Origin: Promethearchaeota archaeon
GTDB taxonomy: Archaea > Asgardarchaeota > Lokiarchaeia > Sigyniarchaeales > SOKP01
NCBI GenBank assembly: GCA_016930515.1
Contig: JAFGGO010000078.1
Location: forward strand, 1-26,939
Length of the DNA: 26,939 nt
Direction: 5' to 3'
The notes under the pieces are model-generated. The model worked only from the letters and a program-made list of their open reading frames with translations, was not told the DNA's origin and did not search any database. The position numbers and the translations under genes were made by a program. Positions 1 through 8,500 of this stretch are shown one piece after another (within the stretch, counting starts at the first letter, position 1; each line of letters opens with the position of its first letter).

Positions 1-105
1 AAAAAAAGCCTTGAAATATATCGTCTAAAAATTTGAAAAAATTAATCTTAATATTAAAAAGTTAGAAAGACTTAAGTAAATAAAAAAAGGAACTTAAGAA
101 TAAAA

Positions 106-933
106 ATGATAGTTTTTGGATTTCTTTCTATATTTATAATCGGCTGTCTAAGCTTTGTTGGTGTATTCATGCTTTCCATGAAAGAGCGGACGCTTGATGG
201 AATTTTATTCGTTCTCGTGGCTTTTGCAACGGGTACAATTTTTGCTACAGCAATACTTGACCTCATACCAGAAGCGATCCATCACATCGAGGAGGGAGCG
301 ATAAACATTGATATTCTTGGCGTTTTTCTCGTAGTTCTTTTAGGTTATGTTATTTTTTTCGTTCTCGAAAGATTCGTTTACTGGTTTCATGGGCACGCTC
401 ACGGAAAGGATGAACAAATGGTTTGCTATAGTAATATCACGGAAGGAGGGAATCTCTCAGTTCAAAAAGGACACAACATCAAGACATTTGCCTTATTGAA
501 CCTAATGGGTGATGGCCTCCATAATTATCTTGACGGCATCGTCATTATGGTAGGATTTTTAAGCGGTGTTGAAAACGGTATCGTGATCACCCTCGCGGTC
601 TTGTTTCATGAATTGCCTCAAGAAATGGGCGATTTTGGTATTTTAGTTTACGGAGGATTTTCGAGGAAAAAAGCAATTTTTTATAACTTTACAAGCGCTA
701 TGATTGCATTACTTGGAGGCTTAACAGCCCTCTTGCTCACGGAATCCGTGGAAGCATTCAATGCTTTTATGCTAGCATTTTCGGGTGGCGGTTTCTTGTA
801 CATCGCAAGCACCGAGCTCATGCCTGAGTTGCTCAAGCACAAAAACTTGAAAAAATCGATATTGCAAGCCGTCATCTTTGTATTTGGAATTTTGATGATC
901 CTGAGTCTCATCTTGTTGCTACCGCACGAATAA
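106..933 (+). CDS. ZIP (ZupT/Zrt-Irt-like) family divalent metal transporter
   Basis: About 8 hydrophobic segments, His-rich loop (HGHAH), ZIP signatures 'GDGLHNYLDG' and 'HELPQEMGDFGIL', and 'GGFLYIASTELMPEL'. Confidence 0.93.
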   Translation: MIVFGFLSIFIIGCLSFVGVFMLSMKERTLDGILFVLVAFATGTIFATAILDLIPEAIHHIEEGAINIDILGVFLVVLLGYVIFFVLERFVYWFHGHAHGKDEQMVCYSNITEGGNLSVQKGHNIKTFALLNLMGDGLHNYLDGIVIMVGFLSGVENGIVITLAVLFHELPQEMGDFGILVYGGFSRKKAIFYNFTSAMIALLGGLTALLLTESVEAFNAFMLAFSGGGFLYIASTELMPELLKHKNLKKSILQAVIFVFGILMILSLILLLPHE

Positions 934-1014
934 TCAATTTGTCCTGCAATCTTTTTAAAACCTGTGTTAATTATATATGTATATACAAGTCGTTTTTGGA
1001 TCATGTACTATTTA

Positions 1015-1024
1015 AAAAGGTGAT
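1015..1024 (+). promoter_or_regulatory. Shine-Dalgarno site (AAGGTGAT) for the hidden selenoprotein gene starting at TTG 1027
   Basis: GGTGA at 1019-1023, just upstream of an in-frame TTG. An AT-rich TATA-like element (TTATATAT) lies at about 971-978. Confidence 0.6.
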
Positions 1025-1026
1025 TC

Positions 1027-1407
1027 TTGTTTAAAATATCATTTACCCAAAGCGCATTGGATTACATTTGCGAACAGCGTTCTCTCTCTCAAGAAGAATT
1101 ATCAGAATCTAATCTCGTCGTGGCGATCTTTGCCTATGATTCCTCTACGTGAACGACTTTTTTCTGCGGAAATGTTCTTGAACTCGTAGAAAAATACAAA
1201 GTATTGGAAGATTATCCCGAATTCATTCAGTGGTTCGACTCTGAAAGAAAAATGGATTTCGAAGTTTTTGTAGAAAAAGAAGTTCTTTACGAATATAAAA
1301 AGTCGGGAACAAACCTCTTATTAATTGACGCCGTCGTTAGCGAATCAAACGGAAAAAAATACGGAATGCTGTTCTTTAAAAATTCAAATCAGACAACCTA
1401 TGGCTAA
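1027..1407 (+). CDS. Putative selenoprotein A (126 aa, Sec42, U-x4-C motif), HesB/IscA-like N-terminus
   Basis: The frame runs from TTG 1027 through one in-frame TGA (1150-1152) into the 67-aa track ORF: MFKISFTQSALDYICEQRSLSQEELSESNLVVAIFAYDSST-U-TTFFCGNVLELVEKYKVLEDYPEFIQWFDSERKMDFEVFVEKEVLYEYKKSGTNLLLIDAVVSESNGKKYGMLFFKNSNQTTYG. It is homologous on both sides of the TGA to the gene at 3733-4086, and a SECIS follows the stop codon. Confidence 0.85.
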
Positions 1408-1445
1408 AATGAACTGGCCTTATAAACGCTAGAAGGTTAGCGATT
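1408..1445 (+). promoter_or_regulatory. Eukaryote-like (Asgard-type) SECIS element of selenoprotein A
   Basis: AAUGAA-CUGGCCUU-AUAAACGCUAG-AAGGUUAG-CGAUU. It has a UGAA/CGAU non-Watson-Crick quartet with tandem G.A/A.G, an 8-bp helix and an apical AA motif, and begins 1-2 nt after the TAA stop. Confidence 0.85.
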
Positions 1446-1546
1446 CGGGTGCTCCCCTTCCATGGGTTATTTCCTTGACCTAAAAAAAAATACATCATAA
1501 AAAAACGAAAAAAGTAATAATAATTTTCCCATATTCGAAGATTAAT

Positions 1547-3499
1547 TCATGTGGATAAGTTTCTCGTGTAATTTAATTTCCCGCCCGCTATAATAATTTC
1601 TTTTTCCCGCTCAGATAAGTCGTGAACCATCTCAATCTCAAGAGAACGAGTTTTGTTAGATACCACGATGGATTTTTTTTTGTCTTCTAAGGAATTTTTA
1701 ACATTTAAAATCTCAAGTTTGTCGTCCTGTTCTAGCTTATCGAAATCGCTCGGATTGACGAAAATCAAGGGCAGGATGCCGAAATTTATCAAGTTGTCCC
1801 GATGGATTCTGGCAAAAGATTTCGCTAATATCACTTTAACGCCTAAATACATCGGTGCCAAGGCTGCGTGTTCTCTGCTGGATCCTTGGCCGTAATTTTC
1901 TCCCCCTACGATTGTCCCTGTTGCGCCTGAGTTTTTTACTTCAAGAGCTCTCGAAGAAAAGGTGGGATCCACCTGTTCAAACGCGAATTCACTAATCTTG
2001 GGCAAGTTTGACCTGAACGGCAAAATTTTAGCTCCTGCTGGTATGATGTGGTCTGTAGTAATATTGTCTTCGACTTTTATGAGCACCTTGATTTTAGCAA
2101 GATCGCTTGGCAAAGAAGCTACATCGGGCAATAGGGCAATGTTTGGACCTCTTACAATCTCGATTGCGCTTCCATCGCTTGGAGGATCGACTATCAACGA
2201 ATCGTCGATGTTAATGATATCTGGAAGCTTAACCGAAGGATAATTTCCAAGTTTTCGGGGATCCGTCAACTTGCCAAAGATTGCCGCTGCGACAGCCGTT
2301 TCGGGGCTTGATAGATATATATTCGCTGATTTTGTTCCGCTCCTACCAAAAAAATTGCGATTAAATGTACGCACCGAAGTTCCATTAGTTTTAGGAGCAA
2401 ATCCCATTCCAAGGCAGGGACCACAAGCACATTCTAAAATTCGCGCTCCTGCGGAAATGATGCTCGTTAAAGCACCATGTTTTATAAGTTCGAGCAATAC
2501 CTGTCTTGAACCTGGGGATATCCCTAAAGTCGTGTTATCGTGGACCTTTCTGCCTTTAAGAAGCTCTGCAACTAGGAGCATGTCTTTCAAGGAACTGTTG
2601 GTACACGAACCGATTGCAACTTGATTTACCACGACATTTTCTACTTCGGACACGGGAGAAACATTACCCGGAGAGTGAGGCCTTGCCACGAGTGGAACTA
2701 CCTCTGAAAGTTCGATCTCGATAACCTTGTTAAAATCGGGTTCAGGACCCATCTTGAGCTCGATCCATTGGTCTTCTCTACCTTCCAACTTCAGAAACTC
2801 TCGCGTGACATCGTCTGAGGGAAAAATAGAGGTCGTGGCGCCCGTTTCTGCACCCATATTAGCTATCGTTGCTCTTTCTGGAACGCTTAAAGATTTAACA
2901 CCGTCTCCAAAATATTCAAGAATGTATCCTAATCCACCCTTCACGTCGATCCTGCGAAGGATTTCTAATATCACGTCTTTTGCGGAGACAAAATCTCCAA
3001 GAGTTCCATTGAGCTTTATCCCCATTATTTTTGGAACTTTCATGAAGAACGGCCCTCCACCCATTGCCACCGCAACATCTAATCCCCCAGCGCCAATAGC
3101 AATAGCTCCCATTCCACCAGCCGTGGGCGTGTGAGAATCGGACCCAATCAAGGTTTTTCCTGGACGGGCGAATCGTTCCAGAAATACTTGGTGGCAAATG
3201 CCGTTTCCAGGTCTCGAAAACTTGATTCCGTACTTCGCAGCCACGGAAGCAAGATAGGCGTGATCGTCGGCGTTCTTAAAATCCGCTTGAAGAGTGTTGT
3301 GATCGACGAAGGAAACCGATAATTCGGTCTTTACTTTACTCAATTTCATTGCCTCGAACTGAAGATAGGCCATTGTACCCGTGGCGTCTTGAGTAAGGGT
3401 GTGGTCAATCTTTATTCCTACTTCCTCGCCTAGCTCGAATTGTCCTTCAACCAAGTGCTCTTTTAAAATCTTTCGTGCAATTGACATGCTAAGTTGCAT
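1547..3499 (-). CDS. acn: Aconitate hydratase (single-chain, about 650 aa, archaeal/Aquifex-type aconitase)
   Basis: 'TQDATGTMAYLQF', 'DHN', 'GNGICHQ', 'GSDSHT', Fe-S ligands in 'GSCTN' and 'CACGPCLG', swivel domain 'TTDHI' and 'NYGQGSSREHAA'. Start is probably ATG 3499 or 3487; stop is TGA. Confidence 0.93.
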   Translation of the reverse strand: MQLSMSIARKILKEHLVEGQFELGEEVGIKIDHTLTQDATGTMAYLQFEAMKLSKVKTELSVSFVDHNTLQADFKNADDHAYLASVAAKYGIKFSRPGNGICHQVFLERFARPGKTLIGSDSHTPTAGGMGAIAIGAGGLDVAVAMGGGPFFMKVPKIMGIKLNGTLGDFVSAKDVILEILRRIDVKGGLGYILEYFGDGVKSLSVPERATIANMGAETGATTSIFPSDDVTREFLKLEGREDQWIELKMGPEPDFNKVIEIELSEVVPLVARPHSPGNVSPVSEVENVVVNQVAIGSCTNSSLKDMLLVAELLKGRKVHDNTTLGISPGSRQVLLELIKHGALTSIISAGARILECACGPCLGMGFAPKTNGTSVRTFNRNFFGRSGTKSANIYLSSPETAVAAAIFGKLTDPRKLGNYPSVKLPDIINIDDSLIVDPPSDGSAIEIVRGPNIALLPDVASLPSDLAKIKVLIKVEDNITTDHIIPAGAKILPFRSNLPKISEFAFEQVDPTFSSRALEVKNSGATGTIVGGENYGQGSSREHAALAPMYLGVKVILAKSFARIHRDNLINFGILPLIFVNPSDFDKLEQDDKLEILNVKNSLEDKKKSIVVSNKTRSLEIEMVHDLSEREKEIIIAGGKLNYTRNLST

Positions 3500-3677
3500 C
3501 AAATATTTTATCGTAAGTAATTAAACTAAATGCTCTATCGTTAAAATTTTTTCCTAGCGTTCAGTTAATATTGAAAAAAAGGAAAATTTGCATTATATTG
3601 TAAGAGTTTCGCTCTAACATGACAAAAACGAGAATTTACTAAAGAAGAAAAAAAAATTGAAAACCGTGGCGTTCGGA

Positions 3678-3715
3678 AATCACCATCCTTCCATCATTTA
3701 CAAGGGCGGGTCATT
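3678..3715 (-). promoter_or_regulatory. Eukaryote-like (Asgard-type) SECIS element of selenoprotein B
   Basis: Minus strand AAUGAC-CCGCCCUU-GUAAAUGAUGG-AAGGAUGG-UGAUU. Geometry is identical to 1408-1445 (quartet, 8-nt arms, 11-nt top with AAA); the AUGA begins 18 nt after the stop codon. Confidence 0.85.
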
Positions 3716-3732
3716 TTTTTTGTTGTATTGAT

Positions 3733-4086
3733 TTATGCTCCGATATTTACCACTAACGACGTTTGTGACTTGCCCCATCTCTTCCAAGTTTTTGCGTCAA
3801 TAACGACATCTGTTTCGTGTCCTCCGAATCGCCTTACGATGACGGTATCTACGAACACATCAACTCCCGTCTGTTGCAACTCTTTTCCGTCCTCCCACCG
3901 ATTAAATCGCTCGTGATTGACAACCTCGTCCCTGCGCACTAATTGGGCAATATCGTTACAGTAAATTCGGGATCAAGAGCGAGTCTCGTGCTGGTAGATG
4001 GCCAGAACCAAATCGTTTGTACCGTCTACTGCTTTTTTCTGCTCTTGAATGTAGTTCAAAGCTTCTTGAGTGAGCTTGATTTTCAT
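3733..4086 (-). CDS. Putative selenoprotein B (117 aa, Sec38, U-x4-C motif), paralog of 1027-1407
   Basis: ATG at 4086, one in-frame TGA at 3975-3973, continuing into the 68-aa track ORF: MKIKLTQEALNYIQEQKKAVDGTNDLVLAIYQHETRS-U-SRIYCNDIAQLVRRDEVVNHERFNRWEDGKELQQTGVDVFVDTVIVRRFGGHETDVVIDAKTWKRWGKSQTSLVVNIGA. GGTGA RBS upstream and SECIS downstream. Confidence 0.87.
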
Positions 4087-4091
4087 CCCGT

Positions 4092-4098
4092 ATCACCG
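4092..4098 (-). promoter_or_regulatory. Shine-Dalgarno site (CGGTGAT) for selenoprotein B
   Basis: GGTGA on the minus strand at 4097-4093, 6 nt before ATG 4086. Confidence 0.65.
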
Positions 4099-4276
4099 TT
4101 TTTTTTTGTTCCAAATTTGTTATTAATATTTCTTAACATGTATGAAAAGAAATAAGAATTAGTATTATATTATAAAAAATTTGATCGAATTATTGTTATA
4201 ATTTATTTTTTCGAATGAGAAGAGATCACATATTTCTCCTATTTTTTTACATGGATTTTTTCACAATCAAATCTTC

Positions 4277-4663
4277 TCAAGCTATCTTTTTTAGCGTGCA
4301 AGTAAACCTGGTATAATACAAGCCCTTGGGTAATTGCTGATTTCCCTGGAGGTACAAGAGCCAAGGGTGGACCTCGATCTCCAAGAATCTCTGAAATCTA
4401 GCAGGTATCTCCATATATTCGCGCAATTCGGTCTCCCATACATAATATATCTCAGAAATGCACATCAAGGCGATCTCTCTTGTCGTGATCTCTCCTTCGA
4501 GGTCGAAGAGGCAGTTCACAAACGATCGGAGTATGGTCTCTATGTATTTCTCGATTTTTTTCTTATTATTCGACAAAAAGATTTTAAACGCTTTTTCAAG
4601 CCGGCGCTTGGAAACATACGACTTCAAATACGAAATTAACATTTCTCGCTCGTTATTTATCAT
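4277..4663 (-). CDS. Hypothetical protein (128 aa), tandem paralog of 4868-5251
   Basis: Clean ORF in AT-rich flanks. Shares FVNCL and HxWxLYLQxNxxLPxG motifs with the neighbouring ORF. Confidence 0.75.
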   Translation of the reverse strand: MINNEREMLISYLKSYVSKRRLEKAFKIFLSNNKKKIEKYIETILRSFVNCLFDLEGEITTREIALMCISEIYYVWETELREYMEIPARFQRFLEIEVHPWLLYLQGNQQLPKGLYYTRFTCTLKKIA

Positions 4664-4867
4664 TTCACTCGTCCTATAAAGTTCTAAAGCTTGATATATA
4701 CATAAAATTTTAGACTTATATTTCTTTCTGCTTTAAAATGTAGTTTATAGAACTTTGACGATTTAACATCTTAGATTATCATCGAAATAAAATTAATTTT
4801 GGAAATAATATTTTTAGATCTATAAAATTTCTCAAAGCATTATTAGACTAAAATAAGTGATTATAAT

Positions 4868-5251
4868 TTATAATTTCTTATACTTACCTGCATACCTGTT
4901 ATATGTTGTCCCTGAAGGAAGCTTGTCGTTTTTTTGAAGGTACAAGAACCAGAGGTGAAATAAGGTTTCCAAGAGCGGTTTTAACTTGCTGGGTTTTTTT
5001 GCGTAACTCGATATTTCTGCCTCTCCTTGATCGTAATAGTCTGCCACTGTTGTAATCACCAAATCCTTGATATACACCTCGTCCGATAAGTTATTTAGAC
5101 AATTCACGAAAGTTTTCACCACGATATTCGTATGATTGACAAAGGTAAACCCGAAAGCGTTTTTTATGGACCTTCTCAAGGATCGCCTCGTTTTCAAATA
5201 CTCAAGTAATTCTTTTTCTAGCTTTTCCGTGTCTTTTTCGTTCAATTTCAA
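4868..5251 (-). CDS. Hypothetical protein (127 aa), tandem paralog of 4277-4663
   Basis: TTG start preceded by AAGG. Same length and motifs as the neighbour (FVNCL, HLWFLYLQKNDKLPSG). Confidence 0.75.
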   Translation of the reverse strand: MKLNEKDTEKLEKELLEYLKTRRSLRRSIKNAFGFTFVNHTNIVVKTFVNCLNNLSDEVYIKDLVITTVADYYDQGEAEISSYAKKPSKLKPLLETLFHLWFLYLQKNDKLPSGTTYNRYAGKYKKL

Positions 5252-5559
5252 GATGCCTTAGTTGCTCTATTTTGCTAATGAGTTTATAAATGGCGTGGTT
5301 TATTTAAGCTTTAAGATACGACGAAAAGTCCGCGAGTTGAATCATTTTAACACCACATTTTCAAGATGTTCGTGTTTTATGATAAGTGATTCTTCGACTT
5401 AATGTTACAAAAAATACAGAAGAGACCATCGGAAATGATATGTATTTATTAACGCAAAAGAAGAATATAATTATATTACATGCTGTATAAATTACTCAAT
5501 AATATAGCTATTTTTAAAAAAATAATTTATATATCAAAAAAAAAAGCTTTTTGATTAAT

Positions 5560-8500
5560 ATGAAAACGAATTTTTCAAGAAAAAAAAAAAAGATCACGCA
5601 ATTACTGGCGATACTATTCGTGCTGAGCGCCATTGTTGGTTTGCAACTATTTACCCCCATTAAAAACCCGTTAATCGATTCTAATCCCGTCGATCCGTTA
5701 ATTCCCACCGTCGATCTCGCTCCTTCTGCAATATCCAATGTTACTGGGTCGGGTTCAAATTATAACATCGTTGCGCATCAATCGTACTATAACAAATACT
5801 TTAATCGTTCTTTTTCAAACCTCGACGATTCGAACACTTTCGACGTGCCTTGTCCAACGGATACTAACTTCAACTCGAGCAGTAGTTATTTTAGTGTATC
5901 AAACATTAACGCGCCCAATCAGACAAGAATAATTGAACAAAACGATACTACAACTCATTATATGACATTTGATTATACAACAAGGAGAATTACTGCCGTT
6001 AGCTTTACAGTCGATAGCGAATGTTATTTAGTGAATTTTTCCATAAAATTATTTATTAACGATCCTAATGATTGTGATTTGGTTGCAAGAGTGACATCTT
6101 CGGATTGGAGCATTGCTAATAATAGAAACGAGCCTGATTTTCTTGATACTATTGGGACATGTACTACTTCTGGCGATATAATGTTTCGTCAATGTGATGG
6201 ATGGGTAAGTAATTTTTCGCTATTTTTTTCACCCATCTATCTCGATCCTTCAACTATGACGGCTAATAATACGTTTTATATAGAAATCAGAGATAGTGGC
6301 ACTACTAACCAATATCTTGAATGGTATGGAATTAAAGACATAGACGATGCCGAAGGAGATAATGAAAACGCTTATTATAGATCAGGAGCATCTTGGGCAC
6401 CAGTTGTCACTACTGGTGATCCTGTTGATTTAACTTTGATCGTGGATTTAGCCCCCTTGGATAATACACCTGCTCCCGAAGACATCAACATGGAAATCAA
6501 CGGAACGGCCATTATAGGTAGTGGAGGTAACGCAGGTTCGGCAACCTTGCCAGATGTATACGGGGAATCGGACGGTGATTTAACTTTTCAAGTGACTGCG
6601 GGATGGTGGAACGTGTCGTGCGTCGTGAGTCAAGTGCAAATCAATTACACGAAGACAAGCCTTATCGCAAACTCAAGCTTCTTCATCTCGGGAAGCGGGC
6701 TCACTGTAGAATGGAACGTTTCGATAAACGGAGGAATATCTGGTTTCGATGTTAATACTCCTTCGTCTCAATATGTCAACTTCACGATCCCCACTCATTG
6801 GGATAACGAAGAAATATGGAACGGAACCCATCTCATGACAGATACCTCTTGGGATGTAGGGGGCGGAACCACCATATTTACGGCGTGGGACGCAGGGGAT
6901 AGCCTTAATTGGTCGCTCTTAGCCACTTCTTCAAACCTTCTTCAGCAAATAAACACTTCTTACGGTGGTTCGAACCTCGACGAGTTTAATTACGGAAACG
7001 ACGTACAATTCACGGGAAACTTCTCGACTTCCATTAACAATGGAGATGTAAATCTGACGGTGTATCGACCCGACGGAACGAGTAATTTCAGCTTTATAGT
7101 CGATGCTTCTTCTTTCCCTGGATCTCAAATTAGCCTCTACTCTTGGGACTCCGCTCAGGGCGTTGACCTTCCTTACGGCGTGTATTTATCGCAAGCGTAT
7201 TGGAGCAACGGTACCGACGCGGCGTTCGAGGAAAAATCGTTCACGATTTCGGCACTCACCGAATTGGTGCTTACTTCGCACGGAGGCGTTGCCTCAGATC
7301 AGCGCTTCAAGGTAAACGATCCTTTCAACATTACTCTCGAGTATAACGACATTAGCAAGGGAATTGGCGTGAACACGACCAACGCCACCTATTCGCACGC
7401 CTTCGGAAGCGGGTATTTGAATCAAAATGGAACGGGAAAGTATTATTTGGAGCTCAATCCCTTGGATTTCGATTACGGTCCAAACGAGATTACCATCGAA
7501 TTTAACAAGACATTCCACGAACCTCGAAGCTTGACCTTCTGGCTTAATATCGTCAATACCACGAGAATCGAGAATCTTTCTAACACGATCTTTCTTGACG
7601 TCTACAACTTCGAGAACGTCTCGTGCTCGTTTTACTACAACGACACTGCAAACAACCTTCCCATTGATGGTGCGACCCTTACTTTCGTTAAGGACGACGA
7701 GGGATTCCTCAATTACACGAAAGACCACGCGAACGGTTCTTATACTATCACGATTAATGTTAACAACGTTACCGTGAGAGTCGCACCGTATTGGGTAAAC
7801 GTGACCGTTTCAAAGGACGGGTACGCGGTACAGAGAATTAACGTGTCCATGAGACTCATCGATATCCCAACTGCCCGTGTGAATTACGATCCCGAAGCTT
7901 TTACCGTGGTAAATTACGAAATGGTAAATTACACCTTCTTTTACAACGATACGAGAAACGACGAGGCGATTGCGAACGCCACGATCTTGATCGCAAAGGA
8001 TCACGAAAATTTTATAATTTCGATTGCCGACCACGATAACGGCAATTACTCGATTGAAATCCAAATCAACGAAGTTCCCGCTTCGGCTACACCCTGGCAG
8101 GTTGACATCACGATTTTGAAAAATGCTTACGAATCCCAACTAATTACCTTGGATTTCACCGTAAACCTGATAGACATTAATTGCTCGTTTGTGACCAATC
8201 AAACGAGATCGACGTACAAGCGATACGAAGGAACGCCCTATTCTGCTACTTTTTTCGTGAACTACACGGGGACCGAAATCGTTGCGGATCATTTAACCAC
8301 GTCGGATGTGCAAGTTTCGTACGACGGGGGTACCGGCTGGCCACAAGGAAATTTCACGCTCGCGCTAAAAGGTGGTTATTTCGAACTCAACTTGAGCATC
8401 GACAACGTCGTTTCGAGGAACTATTACTTGCTGGTGAACTTCTCCAAGGCAGGAATATACACGTCGACCACGGCTTATCTAAATTTCACGCTTCTGGGCA

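Noticed and set aside
1204-1407. 67-aa track ORF as a complete gene
   Set aside because: It is the post-UGA part of the 1027-1407 gene. Homology to the paralog extends upstream of the TGA and the RBS is at 1019-1023.
1547-1549. Genome-wide TGA reassignment (to Trp or Gly) as the explanation for the in-frame TGAs
   Set aside because: Aconitase and ORF 4277-4663 end at TGA at their expected lengths, the long genes contain no internal TGA, and Trp is encoded by TGG. Readthrough is therefore site-specific.
1653-3322. Multiple antisense and alternate-frame ORFs over aconitase (similarly over the 1570-aa, SIR2-TPR, ModE, CBS and DRG genes)
   Set aside because: Shadow ORFs of well-supported genes, with no motifs or RBS.
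3733-3939. 68-aa track ORF as a complete gene, and the overlapping plus-strand ORFs 3728-3916 and 3943-4155
   Set aside because: The first is the C-terminal part of the 3733-4086 gene. The plus-strand ORFs are antisense shadows with no protein-like features.
4678-4756. 9-bp inverted repeat AAAGTTCTA...TAGAACTTT between the tandem paralogs
   Set aside because: Too short and AT-rich to distinguish from chance. There is no transposase or target-site duplication.
5580-5591. A12 tract at the start of the large surface gene (also A11 at 20628-20638) as phase-variation switches
   Set aside because: Both encode the Lys-rich n-region of signal sequences, both are in frame, and long A/T runs are common throughout this AT-rich window. 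Read-level length variation would be needed to support the idea.
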